The notes under the pieces: generated by a model
The model's input: the letters and a program-made list of their open reading frames with translations, nothing else
What the model was told of the DNA's origin: nothing
Database searches by the model: none
Assembly: GCF_902652985.1 (NCBI RefSeq)
Contig: NC_047026.1
Coordinates: 31,372,001 to 31,436,000 of the forward strand
Source: Pecten maximus
Taxonomy: Eukaryota
Direction of reading: 5' to 3'
Length of the DNA stretch: 64,000 bases
In this document: positions 25,839-39,469 of the stretch, one piece after another
Position numbering within the stretch: position 1 is the stretch's first letter
Layout of the letters: every line of letters starts with the position of its first letter
Translations under genes and position numbers: made by a program

Positions 25839-26979
25839 CTTAGTGCCGTGGTGTCGACTTTAAACTTACGTAGTTAAAAGTTTACCATTTCCAACACAGT
25901 AGTAAAACCCGAAATAACGTGTTACTCCTCCGCAATGTCCATGATGTTATCAAACCTTGTTACAAGTGATGGAGTGCCAAGCAAAAGGGCAAATGTTCTG
26001 GACAATTGGCAACTGACAATTACGTCGTGTTACAACCTTTAAATCGCCCTGCTGGAATTGATGTCCGGGATTCACAGCAAGCATACAAATCCGAGACAGG
26101 ACATTTACAGGTCCGTATTTATACAGCATAGCTATGCTAGCTACAATTAGCAACAATTAGCCTTTAAGTCAGCGTTAGTCAACAGCAACTGTCAGCAGGG
26201 AGTTTAGATTGGATATGACATCGTTTTCGATCAGAACGATAGTGCCCGTGCTTTACTACTTATGACAATAAGCTGTGGGACACACCTGCGTTCTGTTGTG
26301 ATCAATAAAACACTCTTTGATCTCAGAATCGTTTTCATTTCACACAAAATTACTAACCTACATCATCTTGTTGAATTAAGGATTCGACCGTGCATCAATA
26401 GGTACATTATAACAGATTGTAACCTAAAGTAATGTTGCTACGTCCTTTAGACGCCATATAGTATATACTAATGCACACTGTTCATAAAATCACTGTGACA
26501 GCTACGACCATCCACCGTCGATTTGTTTTTTTTCATATTTCCGAAATATTATCTTTACATACATTATTGATGGATTTTTTCCCCAGTAAATGTCATGGTA
26601 CAATCCCACTTAACAAATAAAAACCGGAAATTCAATAATGACACAAACATTGTAATAACCCGAGGTAAGTTTCCACTTTCTGCCAGAACGCGTACTTAGT
26701 ACTAATGTTTTCACATACAAGTATTTATTGTTTTTAATAAATTATTCATAATGCCCACTAGAAATTACATCAACAATATGCTATTTGCATTAAACACTGG
26801 GTAAGTTCTCCACAATATTCACTTTTCCTGTGGTCGTCGTATGAACAATAACATTGTTTATAACCCATCAAATTTATTCATGAGACCATTTATTTATTTA
26901 TTCGTGAGACCACGTATTTATCGGTCATATCTATCCAAATCAGTAAATGTATCCACAAAAAAAGAGAAAAAAAATACAA

Positions 26980-29900
26980 AAGCCTTCCATACATATTATC
27001 AAGTACCAAGTCTCCCCCATATACCCTATAGGAGCCTTCCATACATGTTACCGTGTACTGAGTGTCCTCACCCATATACCCTATAGGAGCCTTCCATACA
27101 TGTTACCGTGTACTGAGTGTCCTCACCCATATACCCTATAGGAGCCTTCCATACATGTTACCGTGTACCAAGTGTCCCACCATATACCCTATAGGAGCCT
27201 TCCATACATATTACCGTGAACCAAGTGTCCTCACCCATATACCCTATAGGAGCCTTCCATACATGTTACCATGTACCAAGTGTCCCACCATATACCCTAT
27301 AGGAGCCTGCAATACATATTACCGTGTACCAAGTGTCCCCCCATATACCCTTTAGGAGCCTTCCATACATGTTACCGTGTACCAAATGTCCCCCTCATAT
27401 ACCCTATAGGAGCCTTCCATACATATTACCGTGTACCAAGTGTCCCACCATATACCCTATAGGAGCCTTCCATACGTATTACCGTGTACCAAGTGTCCTC
27501 ACCCATATACCCTATAGGAGCCTTCCATACATATTACCGTGAACCAAGTGTCCTCACCCATATACCATATAGGAGCCTTCCATACATGTTACCGTGTACC
27601 AAATGTCCCACCATATACCCTATAGGAGCCTGCAATACATATTACCGTGTACCAAGTGTCCCCCCATATACCCTATAGGAGCCTTCCATACGTATTACCG
27701 TGTACCAAGTGTCCCCCCATATACCCTATAGGAGCCTTCCATACGTATTACCGTGTACCAAGTGTCCCCCTCATATACCCTATAGGAGCCTTCCATACAT
27801 ATTACCGTGTACCAAGTGTCCCCCTCATATACCCTATAGGAGCCTTCCATACATATTACCGTGTACCAAGTGTCCTCACCCATATACCCTACAGGAGCCT
27901 TCCATACATATTACCGTGAACCAAGTGTCCTCACCCATATACCCTATAGGAGCCTTCCATACATGTTACCGTGTACCAAGTGTCCTCACCCATATACCCT
28001 ATAGGAGCCTTCCATACATATTACCGTGAACCAAGTGTCCTCACCCATATACCCTATAGGAGCCTTCCATACATGTTACCGTGTACCAAGTGTCCCCCCA
28101 TATACCCTATAGGAGCCCTCCATACATGTTACCGTGTACCAAGTGTCCCACCATATACCCTATAGGAGCCTTCCATACATGTTACCGTGTACCAAGTGTC
28201 CCCCCATATACCCTATAGGAGCCTTCCATACATGTTACCGTGTACCAAGTGTCCCACCATATACCCTATAGGAGCCTTCCATACATATTACCGTGTACCA
28301 AGTGTCCCACCATATACCCTATAGGAGCCTTCCATACATGTTACCGTGTACCAAGTGTCCCACCATATACCCTATAGGAGCCTTCCATACACAGTTACCG
28401 TGTACCAAGTGTCCCACCATATACCCTATAGGAGCCTTCCATACATGTTACCGTGTACCAAGTGTCCCACCATATACCCTATAGGAGCCTTCCATACATA
28501 TTACCGTGTACCAAGTGTCCCACCATATACCCTATAGGAGCCTTCCATACATGTTACCGTGTACCAAGTGTCCCACCATATACCCTATAGGAGCCTTCCA
28601 TACATATTACCGTGTACCAAGTGTCCCACCATATACCCTATAGGAGCCTTCCATACATGTTACCGTGTACCAAGTGTCCCACCATATACCCTATAGGAGC
28701 CCTCCATACATATTACCGTGAACCAAGTGTCCTCACCCATATACCCTATAGGAGCCTTCCATACATGTTACCGTGTACCAAGTGTCCCACCATATACCCT
28801 ATAGGAGCCCTCCATACATATTACCGTGAACCAAGTGTCCTCACCCATATACCCTATAGGAGCCTTCCATACATGTTACCGTGTACCAAGTGTCCTCACC
28901 CATATACCCTATAGGAGCCTTCCATACATGTTACCGTGTACCAAGTGTCCCACCATATACCCTATAGGAGCCTTCCATACATATTACCGTGAACCAAGTG
29001 TCCTCACCCACATACCCTATAGGAGCCTTCCATACATGTTACCGTGTACCAAGTGTCCCCCCATATACCCTATAGGAGCCTTCCATACGTATTACCGTGT
29101 ACCAAGTGTCCCCCTCATATACCCTATAGGAGCCTTCCATACATATTACCGTGTACCAAGTGTCCCCCTCATATACCCTATAGGAGCCTTCCATACATAT
29201 TACCGTGTACCAAGTGTCCTCACCTCATATACCCTATAGGAGCCTTCCATACATATTACCGTGTACCAAGTGTCCCCCTCATATACCCTATAGGAGCCTT
29301 CCATACATATTACCGTGTACCAAGTGTCCTCACCCATATACCCTACAGGAGCCTTCCATACATATTACCGTGAACCAAGTGTCCTCACCCATATACCCTA
29401 TAGGAGCCTTCCATACATGTTACCGTGTACCAAGTGTCCTCACCCATATACCCTATAGGAGCCTTCCATACATATTACCGTGAACCAAGTGTCCTCACCC
29501 ATATACCCTATAGGAGCCTTCCATACATGTTACCGTGAACCAAGTGTCCCCCCATATACCCTATAGGAGCCTTCCATACATATTACCGTGAACCAAGTGT
29601 CCTCACCCATATACCCTATAGGAGCCTTCCATACATGTTACCGTGAACCAAGTGTCCCCCCCATATACCCTATAGGAGCCTTCCATACATATTACCGTGA
29701 ACCAAGTGTCCTCACCCATATATACCCTATAGGAGCCTTCCATACATGTTACCGTGAACCAAGTGTCCCCCCATATACCCTATAGGAGCCTTCCATACAT
29801 ATTACCGTGTACCAAGTGTCCCCCTCATATACCCTATAGGAGCCTTCCATACGTATTACCGTGAACCAAGTGTCCTCACCCATATACCCTATAGGAGCCT

Positions 29901-30990
29901 TCCATACATATTACCGTGAACCAAGTGTCCTCACCCATATACCCTATAGGAGCCTTCCATACATGTTACCGTGAACCAAGTGTCCCACCATATACCCTAT
30001 AGGGGCCTTCCATACATATTACCGTGAACCAAGTGTCCCACCATATACCCTATAGGAGCCTTCCATACGTATTACCGTGTACCAAGTGTCCCCCCATATA
30101 CCCTATAGGAGCCTTCCATACGTATTACCGTGCACCGAGTGTCCCACCATATACCCTATAGGAGCCTTCCATACATGTTACCGTGTACCAAGTGTCCCCC
30201 ATATACCCTATAGGAGCCTTCCATACATATTACCGTGTACCAAGTGTCCCCCTCATATACCCTATAGGAGCCTTCCATACATATTACCGTGTACCAAGTG
30301 TCCCACCATATACCCTATAGGAGCCTTCCATACATATTACCGTGTACCAAGTGTCCTCACCCATATACCCTTTAGGAACCTTCCATACATGTTACCGTGT
30401 ACCAAGTGTCCCACCATATACCCTATAGGAGCCTTCCATACATGTTACCGTGTACCAAGTGTCCCACCATATACCCTATAGGAGCCTTCCATACATATTA
30501 CCGTGTACCAAGTGTCCCACCATATACCCTATAGGAGCCTTCCATACATGTTACCGTGTACCAAGTGTCCCACCATATACCCTATAGGAGCCTTCCATAC
30601 ATGTTACCGTGTACCAAGTGTCCTCACCCATATACCCTATAGGAGCCCTCCATACATGTTACCGTGTACCAAGTGTCCCACCATATACCCTATAGGAGCC
30701 TTCCATACATGTTACCGTGAACCAAGTGTCCTCACCCATATACCCTACAGGAGCCTTCCATACATGTTACCGTGTACCAAGTGTCCTCACCCATATACCC
30801 TATAGGAGCTTTCCATACATGTTACCGTGTACCAAGTGTCCCACCATATACCCTATAGGAGCCCTCCATACATGTTACCGTGTACCAAGTGTCCCCCATA
30901 TACCCTATAGGAGCCCTCCATACATGTTACCGTGTACCAAGTGTCCCTCCATATACTCTATAGGAGCCTCCCATACGTGTACCAAGTGCT
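26980..30990. repeat. Satellite array, 53-55-bp unit (CATATACCCTATAGGAGCCTTCCATACATGTTACCGTGTACCAAGTGTCCCAC), about 74 copies
   Basis: Directly visible; length variants differ in the C-rich junction. Confidence 0.98.
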
Positions 30991-31234
30991 GTAGTTGTTT
31001 CTAGGTTTGAGATGGAAATAGAGTTTGCTGATATGTAATAGTGATTTGTAATTGATAGTCTTCAAAATGACCATGTAATATAATCTAACAATTTGGTGAC
31101 AACTTTCATCCATTCCTATAGTGTGATCTCCCCGTATGTGTGTTAAATCATTACTATTACTATTACAGTGTCAACTCCTTGAATTGACGATGTTATCGTG
31201 ATCTATAACATTCTTAAAAACAAGCGGCCCTCGA

Positions 31235-31384
31235 TGAGAAAATGGATATAAGATTTTATCACTACACACATATATATATATATATATATAAGTCTTAAAT
31301 GAAAAATAATTTGTCTTAGTTTTTTCATTTAAGACTTATAAATATATATATACGTAGTGATAAAATCTTATATCCATTTTCTCA
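31235..31384. mobile_element. 150-bp foldback/MITE-like inverted repeat with (TA)n in the arms
   Basis: TGAGAAAATGGATATAAGATTTTATCACTAC ... GTAGTGATAAAATCTTATATCCATTTTCTCA, with inner arms TATAAGTCTTAAATGAAAAA / TTTTTCATTTAAGACTTATA. Confidence 0.8.
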
Positions 31385-32151
31385 CACGCATCTAGATATG
31401 AAAATATACGGTAATCACTCTGTATGACAAGGTAATCAAACTACAAAGGTGTTTGACTAAACGTGTCAATATATAATATGATTTATACATAAATTACAAA
31501 TAGCTCTGAGAAAAAAAAAGTGAATTCTTTTCTAAAGTATCGTGTGAGTTGTACTTAATTTATTGGACAATTTTGTGTAAGTGGTTGTGTGTCTTTAATG
31601 AAGATATGTATACTACCGGGATAATATGACTTACGTGGTGTAGCTAAGCTTTGTTCCTTAAATATATGATAAAGAGTATCAATTCGAACTTTTACTTTGA
31701 TGTATGACATTTTTGTAATGTATATCTATGTTATTCCCTGGAAACATAAAAAAAAATTTGATTAACAAAGCGATTCAACTATAGATCACGCGCCAAATGG
31801 TGAATAAGGAGACTAAACATAAATAACATTAAAACACCACAAAATAATGCAACACTTGTTTGAATTTAAAGATTATTTATGACCCGTTCAAGCTGAGGAG
31901 ATTGTTGCTTGAAAGTTTGAATATAACCACGGTTATATATGATAGCGGTGTCCGATATGGTAAAACATTCGATCTACTCTGAAGGTTGTTTCGTCTTTAT
32001 CATTATCCCATTCACACCAAAATTTTAAAAGTAGTGTGACGAGATGGTAAAAATAAAACAGAGTGCATTTTAACTTCTATCATATTTACTTTACCAACCT
32101 GAAGAAAATGTTCCAGAATAACCACGACTAAGTTTGATGACCTATACCAAG

Positions 32152-32305
32152 TTTGAATAAAAATCGTATAACATGCGCCCAAACTTAGGTGAGCGTTATT
32201 TGATTAAAAATCATATAACATGCGCCCAAACTTAGGTGAGCGTTATTTGATTAAAAATCATATAACATGCGCCCAAACTTAGGTGAACGTTATTTGAATA
32301 AAAAT
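32152..32305. repeat. 47-bp tandem repeat x3
   Basis: TTTGATTAAAAATCATATAACATGCGCCCAAACTTAGGTGAGCGTTA repeated. Confidence 0.9.
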
Positions 32306-32634
32306 GCTACAAAGAATAAGCGCAAGCTTGGACAAAAATTGTTTGAATAAAAGGAATATATCTAGTATGCGTTCAAACTAAAGTGAGAGAGGTATTTAAA
32401 CTAATGTTTGTTAGATTAAGATCTGCCTTTTTTTTAAATGGGTCCAAATTTAAGTGGCGGTTCAGTTTATGGCTATGTGCAGTAAACAACCAACAAGAAC
32501 GTCTCATGTTTCGCTAGACAATTATTGAAATTAAAATTGTTTTACTACTAAATAAACCATGTCTTTTGATATTGCTGACCTGTTAATATCTTAATATTAC
32601 TACCAAAGGGGAACAACTCCTCTGGATCTATCAC

Positions 32635-32731
32635 CAATCGCAACATCACGGGGAAATTTCCGGCAACACTCGGAAATTTATATTTTAGATTTCCGAGCGT
32701 TGCCAGAAATTTCCCCGAGATGTTGCGATTG
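32635..32731. mobile_element. 97-bp hairpin MITE with a perfect target-site duplication
   Basis: GATCTATCAC|CAATCGCAACATC...GATGTTGCGATTG|GATCTATCAC; arms about 44 bp with few mismatches. Confidence 0.92.
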
Positions 32732-35124
32732 GATCTATCACAAGTTCTAAGTTCACAAATACTGGAAACTGTTATTAATCATTGGAATCACTCATGCGTG
32801 CTTTTGAATAACATAGCCGTGATCTTCGTACATAACCAAGATCGATCACGTTTTTGGTTGAAGGTCATTTTGACCGGATGAATTATGTACGGCTGCAACG
32901 GATATTGATCCAATGAAATAAAATAAAATAAAGAACCTATTTTTCGCTTTATAATACGGGTACATCGATACCCAGTATAGATACGTAGGACATACTGATT
33001 GACACCAAGCAAGGTAAATCTATAACCATCACAGGGAACCCATGGAGAAGTATGCCGTCTCTAATAACGCTACCTCATTATAGTATTGATTGGCGACTTC
33101 AGCACATAAATACAATGAAGTAGGCATTACTATAGCCATGGGATAACAGACGTTTGAACAAAACCAGAACAAGAAAGAAATCAAATTTCATTACTATGGA
33201 GACAACCAAAACGGAATAATGATACGAAACACACTAGATAGTACAAGGGAAGTTTCATATTTATCGGCATTCCGATCTAGTCCGGTTCGAGTTGATGTGT
33301 TCGTGCAATCTGAACGTGAATCCGGTATTTAAATCTACTTAGGAAATTAAAGTACCCAGGTCACAAATTTTAAATAACTTGTTCTTTATGAAGTAAGTAT
33401 CGCTGTATAACCCGTGACCCAATTAACAATACAATTTCTCAGTCCTTACATTTGATATTAAAGGCCACAACTTCAATTAATAATATGATACCATACCCTT
33501 TTGTTTGGTATGTGTGTCACAGATGTGTACTTTTTGTATACACTAATACATACGCTGACAGATATATGTGTACATTTGGTACGTTCTCTAATACATTTGG
33601 TACGTGTAACACACTTATGCATACGCTCACAGACATATGTGTACATTTGGTAGTGTAACACACCGTAATACATACGTGACTAAAACATGATTTAATGTGT
33701 TATCAATAAACATGGGTCGATATCTACTTGATTCTGGTCATTTTAGGGACAAGATGTAGCTCGATGTTACTTAAATGTGCTGTTTCGGGCACATAGATAC
33801 CGATACATTTAAGGATTGATTGTCAATTTTGTTGCTTGCATGGACTGATGAAGGGAAGTGAACCTCGTGCAAATGAAAAAGGTTACGCCGGCAAAAAAGT
33901 GATTCGTCTCTCAGAACAGAAGCACGCGACCCAAAATCTTCAACGGGAAATGAAGTGATCTGAGTTTACTATGTTCATTGAGGCGGAGCGAAGTGAAAAT
34001 GTAAATATTATACTTGAGTCAGTGATGGGCACCCCGGGTTTTCAGTGCTGAGCGTCCAACAGGGAAAAAATCAGTACAGTGTACTATTTTTAGTGACACA
34101 GTTACCTTTCGGGGACACAATCCATAGCTTTTTTTAAAAAGGTAGTGCCGAGGGAGATATTCAGAAGTGACAGGAAAGAAGCGACAAAGATCAATTCGTG
34201 CAAGGTGTCCTTACACAAACACGACTATATACAGGTATTTATAGATCACGATTATCACGATTTTTGTGTGTGTGACAGTTGTGTGAGGAATACACACACG
34301 TGTGGTGATTGTACGATTCTTTGTGTTGGTACATTCCTTTGTTAGTGTAGTAGTACGTGAGTGCATGATGGTGTAACAATTATTACAAACCATTAGTGCA
34401 TACATTATAAAACATGGGTACAGGTGCTTGTCTCAAACGTGTGACTTATCGAAACGATATGGTGATGTCACCAACAATTTTATTTAGCTTTTAATCAGAA
34501 TAAAATGTATACAGACATACAGAGCATCTTTAAAATTCCATGTAATGTAACTAACTCTAATGTTTCAAATTAAAGAGTGTATAGATATGATGTCAAGACA
34601 CCAAACTGGTCATTTGTAGATCTGTGTTGGCCTGATTGATCTCATTGACCATGCTTGATTTTGTATATATTTTTAGTTGTAAACTAATACCCATGGAAAA
34701 TACAACTCGTACCTAGAACATGCTATGACAAATGTTTAATACAACATCATTATATGACATCAGGAATGATTTAAGATCAATTTTGTCTGTAGACATTGCT
34801 GTTAACGTGGGATCTTAACCACTGTATACAGCAAACTGGCCATATAGTGAAGTTCCTGTGGGGCGACCCACTTTAGGTCTACTCGGCCGTCAACTGCTGG
34901 CACGCAAACTGCAAAATGTGGTTCTGAAACAAACCGATACACTCTTTGAGAATTTTGTCTCCTGAAACAATTCTACGTCAAAAAGTATTCTCGGGACACA
35001 AACCCAGATTAACTATATACCACTAGAATATGTGTACAAACTGTTGTCTCGTTAAACATGATAACTTCACAATAATTCAAACCCAAAATTGTCAATACTG
35101 AGTTGTGTGGAGACTGAAAAATAA

Positions 35125-35640
35125 ATAAAAGGACAATAAGACCAGGTGTTCCGAAAGAGTAAGCGTATTCTGCTTCATCAACAACACTCGCCATACAAAT
35201 ATAGGTCACGACGACACCCGCCATACAAATCTAGGTCACGACAACACCCGCCATACATATCTAGGTCACAACAACACCCGCCATACAAATCTAGGTCACG
35301 ACGACACCCGTCATACAAATCTAGGTCACGACGACACCTGCCATACAGATCTATGTCACGACGACACCCGCCATACAAATCTAAGTCACGACGACACCCG
35401 CCATACAGATCTAGGTCACGCAGACACCCGCCATACAAATCTAGGTCACGACGACACCCGCCATACAAATCTAGGTCACGACGACACCCGCCATACAGAT
35501 CTAGGTCACGACGACACCCGCCATATAGATCTAGGTTACGACGACACCCGCCATACAGATCTCGGTCACGACGACACCCGCCATACAAATCTAGGTCACG
35601 ACAGCACCCGCCGTACAAATCTAGGTCAGATACGGGTTAA
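35125..35640 (-). repeat. Interspersed repeat containing a 30-bp tandem array (about 15 units), same family as 24190-24520
   Basis: Same flank and unit; ends in CTAGGTCAGATACGGGTT. Confidence 0.92.
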
Positions 35641-35754
35641 AACAATTCTCAAATGAAATTATTATCAAACTTCTTTGCAATGTTTTATTATACACAATAA
35701 TCTTTGAATAATGCAATAACTAATAGGCTCTATATTTCAAGGAACATATTAAGT

Positions 35755-36430
35755 TTGATGTACCAACGAATATATTACTATATACAAATGTAGTGAAGAT
35801 ATGAAAACTACCGCTTATTTATCAACAGATATATTATTATATTTTTAATATATATTAAAATTACCTCTAATATACATGTACCAACGAAAATATCATTACA
35901 TACAAATGTAGTTTAAATTTGAAAATTATCACTGATTTACACACAGATATGATATCATACAATATTAAATGAAAATTAACACTAATATACCAACGAAGAT
36001 ATTACAATATACAAATTAAGTTTAAATATGAAAATTACCGCTGATTTACAAACAGACGTATTATTATTATACATGTAATATAAAAATGAAAATTAACTCT
36101 GATATACCAACGAAGATATTACAATATACAAATGTAATTTAAATATGAAAATAACCGCTGATTTTCCAACAAATTTAATATTTTATAACATAAATATGAA
36201 AATTACTACTGATTTACAAACAGACATATTATTATATAATATAAAATAAAAATCAACACCGAAATAAAAGCAAAGATATTACAATACACAAATGTAGTTT
36301 AAATATGAAAATTACTTCTTATTTACTAACAGATATATTATTATATATCTATAAAAATTAAAATCAACTCTGATGTGCCACCAGATATATTACTTTATAA
36401 TATCAATATTATAATAAACTGTGATGTACC
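35755..36430. repeat. Degenerate AT-rich tandem repeat, about 110-120-bp unit, about 6 copies
   Basis: ACCAACGAAGATATTACAATATACAAATGTAGTTTAAATATGAAAATTACC recurs at about 35760, 35880, 35988 and 36105. Confidence 0.8.
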
Positions 36431-36623
36431 AATAAGTAAAATTTATAAAGGTACATTATCAAATAGACATATGGTAAATTGGTCGAGTTTCGACGATTCC
36501 ATTATTGTATTAGTAAAATGGGTATTGGGTCTATTTACCAAGCGTGTGTTGGTGACATGGTACAGACGCGAGCGTATACTTGGTATGTTGACTACATCAT
36601 TCGGAATTTAGGCGGACACAAAA

Positions 36624-36729
36624 TCAAACATCAGAAAACCCATATAACCACGCACAATTAGCAATGTACACGTATGTAACTGGTACCGTGAACAGGTTCA
36701 GTGTGGCGTGATTGTGTCGAATCGCCGAC
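36624..36729 (-). CDS. Candidate last exon of the meteorin-like gene (SAIRHNHATLNLFTVPVTYVYIANCAWLYGFSDV*); not in phase with exon 2
   Basis: Plausible beta-rich sequence after TTTTGAG, but it needs a phase-2 acceptor while exon 2 ends in phase 1. Confidence 0.35.
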
Positions 36730-37093
36730 CTCAAAATGTAAAGGTTTTAAACTGACATTTTAATACGACATTTTTTTATAGGTTGTTTTCCATGATGAAT
36801 TGTTAGTAGCAATCTGAAAATGGCCTTTTTATAATTATGTTATGATAGAATTATTTTATCATCATATAATGTTTGTTATGATAGTTATATTATGATGGTC
36901 TTTTCATGCTATTCTTATGATGATGTGATGCTTTAATTTTGTTGGAATTTGATTTTGAGCATTAGAATTATGGAGTTATTCGTCGGTCAAAATTTGTTTT
37001 CTCCAGATATTATAGATCCATTGGGTCGTTAAAAACACCTTAAGGTTCGGTTAAACTAAAATTTAGTGTTGATAGATAAAGACGTTCACGAAT

Positions 37094-37610
37094 TACGAGG
37101 CCTGACTGTGAGTCTCATATTGAAGGAGGTACTCAAGGATATTCTGTTTACGTCCTACTATTCTCTGACTATACAGGGTTAATATCGATGAGGTAGCACT
37201 CTAAATTAAAGAAGACAAGCAGCTTTTGCAAAATGGATAAAATTGGTTAGAGTATGGGTTGGGGTGAAAGAGTCTGTCATTGCCAATGCTGCCATTCACG
37301 ATTGTGGCTTTAAATTGATTGGGCATCCGCCTTATTCACCTAATCTCGCTCAATCAAACTTTCATCTATTTCCAAAACTGAAAACAGCTATTTCAGGCAC
37401 CCTAACACTAACCTTTACCCTTACATGCAGTGGATGCCTTTCTGAACATCCAAGAAAAGGGGTTTTATAAAAGTGGCAATGAGGTCCTTAAACACCGCTG
37501 GCAAAAGTGTATAGATACTGAAGGGGATTATGTTGAAAAATAACACAATATATCCGACAAAATTCAAACCCTTCAATATGAGGCTCACAACTTATCAATC
37601 AGCCCTCGTA
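37094..37610 (+). mobile_element. Internally deleted mariner (Tc1/mariner) transposon
   Basis: TA-flanked inverted ends (TACGAGG...CTCATATTGAAGG / CCTTCAATATGAG...CCCTCGTA). Start MDKIG at 37233 joined to HPPYSPNLAQSNFHLFPKLK (YSPDLAP-like motif) and RWQKCIDTEGDYVEK*. Confidence 0.92.
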
Positions 37611-37889
37611 GCAACTTAACAACTTAAGAGAACATTCAATCAATCTTCGAAATTCTCATGCATTCGTCTTTTTTCCTCATTTGTGATTGATAAACCTATA
37701 GGTATGCTAATAAGCTTGACGACAAATGTTTTAGTAATGAAATGCACATTTATACTGTTTGAGAAAATTCGTTGGTGATTAGCATGGCAAAATACAGCTT
37801 ATCGTTAATCGTTTCTTAGCTTTCCTGCCGTCGGTGTCAATAACCTGATCTCATTGAACTTAACAATAATATTAGATAACACTTGATAT

Positions 37890-38162
37890 CTTCAATTAAA
37901 TATACATTTTATCAATTAGATACAAATTGTTTAAGCTAACTATACATTGTATGAATTAAATATACATTTTATAAATTAGATATACATTGTATTTATTAGA
38001 TACAAATTGTTTAAGCTAACTATACATTGTATGAATTAAATATACATTTTATAAATTAGATATACATTGTATAGATTAGATACACATTGTTTTAGTTAAA
38101 TATACATTATATGAATTAAATATACATTTTATTAATTAGATATAATTAGATATACATTGTTT
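37890..38162. repeat. AT-rich short tandem repeat (AATTAGATATACATTGT-like units)
   Basis: Directly visible; abuts the exon 2 donor of the meteorin-like gene. Confidence 0.85.
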
Positions 38163-38175
38163 AAACAAGACATAC

Positions 38176-38387
38176 CACCATTGCTTGGAAGTCCTCTTTC
38201 GGTGTTTCTCGTTATGTCGAAAATGAACATTCCATCCGTAGCTCTCTCTTGTACACAGACCCACATAGTTCTGTTATGGGGGTTCCGGGGCTGGAAGTGG
38301 ATGATCATATTTCCTGTTGGATAGTGCCAGGTCATACTACCCTTCTTACAAATACCGGGTATGGTATGGTTTGTGGGCGAGTCCAAG
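38176..38387 (-). CDS. Exon 2 of small secreted meteorin-like protein (SLDSPTNHTIPGICKKGSMTWHYPTGNMIIHFQPRNPHNRTMWVCVQERATDGMFIFDITRNTERGLPSNG)
   Basis: CTCTTTCAG acceptor (phase 2), GTATGT donor (phase 1). C-x2-G-x3-W-x-Y-P-x-G...V-C resembles the meteorin/METRNL N-terminal domain motif. Confidence 0.8.
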
Positions 38388-38881
38388 CTGAAAGAGTGTG
38401 TTTCAACGCTGTTATACTACATGATAATACCTGATTGACCTAATTATGTACCTACAAAGAACGGACATAATTTGATAAAGAAGACATTAAATTTTCACTG
38501 TATTAGATTTAGTCAGGCATCTTGAAATACAGAAGAAACACGTTAATGCAAATGGCTATTTATTTCTCTGTTAATTATCGCATTTTAATATAAACGTCTT
38601 TAATCTATTCATTTTTGGTATTCCTTTGTAAAGATTTTGTTAAAATGATTCTTATATTTTTTTCGAGAAATGTCAATTGAGGTTTTATGTCCAAATCCTA
38701 TCGGATATATCTATACCAAAACATGTTTAAGCAAAAACGTCTATGAATTACGTCTATAAATAATATATTCATCACATTACAACTACGACAGGAAATTCAA
38801 ATCTTTATCTTGGGATCACCAACACATAGTGCATATGATACACTGTGCTAATTATTTGATATATAACATAGTAACACAATT

Positions 38882-38984
38882 AACTGATAATTGTCAAAAG
38901 AAGATGTTTTTGATTTTGCACTAGCGCTTTCACTCTATTAGATCTAGTGCAAAATGTAACGGCTTCTTTTGTCAATTACCAGTT
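38882..38984. mobile_element. About 100-bp hairpin MITE in intron 1 of the meteorin-like gene
   Basis: AACTGATAATTGTCAAAAGAAG...TTTTGCACTAG / CTAGTGCAAAA...CTTCTTTTGTCAATTACCAGTT. Confidence 0.7.
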
Positions 38985-39469
38985 TTATATATATTTTACT
39001 TGCATCTCATCAACTTCAACATTTCATAATTTTCTGTTGTTGTTAAAGTAAACGTTTCAAATCATATCCATACTCTTCAGTTGTGTTCGCAAAATGTCGG
39101 CAATTTTTTTAAAGCTTGTTAAACAGAATGACTGTAATAATATATAAGTGGTCTTTTGTAAAAAAGGTTATCTACTAAAAATAATATAATATTATTTAAC
39201 CTATCAGAAATTTAGTCTTATATATCGACGGAGAACCCTTAAAGGTCAATTTATTTGATTGCTGAAATCACAGGACCAATATTTCTTATTAACTACACTG
39301 TATGAAGACAGAAACTCACAAATATCAATAACGGTTACTTAATGAAATCAATTATCGGAACGGTTTCTCTACAGTATCTGACGCGTTACTTTAGAATTAA
39401 AAAAACCCCAGTGAAATGCTACGGTTAGAAATAGTTCTCGGAGAAGATTAGACAGAACTGTCCCCATAC

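Noticed and set aside
26890-31004. Many Pro/Tyr/Cys-rich ORFs, and a superficial CRISPR-like look
   Set aside because: Head-to-tail satellite units with no unique spacers and no cas genes, in eukaryotic context; the ORFs are repeat artefacts.
33473-34405. Two Thr/Cys-rich minus-strand ORFs
   Set aside because: Made of internally duplicated, CA/TG-rich low-complexity sequence; no domain signal.
35146-35640. Protamine/SR-like 164-aa ORF (SRRHPPYK repeats) and its antisense ORF
   Set aside because: The 30-bp unit is a multiple of 3 with no stop in these frames; it starts at GTG inside an interspersed repeat also found at 24.2 kb.
37093-37200. Minus-strand block SATSSILTLYSQ...LQYET as exon 3 of the meteorin-like gene
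   Set aside because: It is phase 0 while phase 1 is needed, and it lies within the mariner's left end and TIR.
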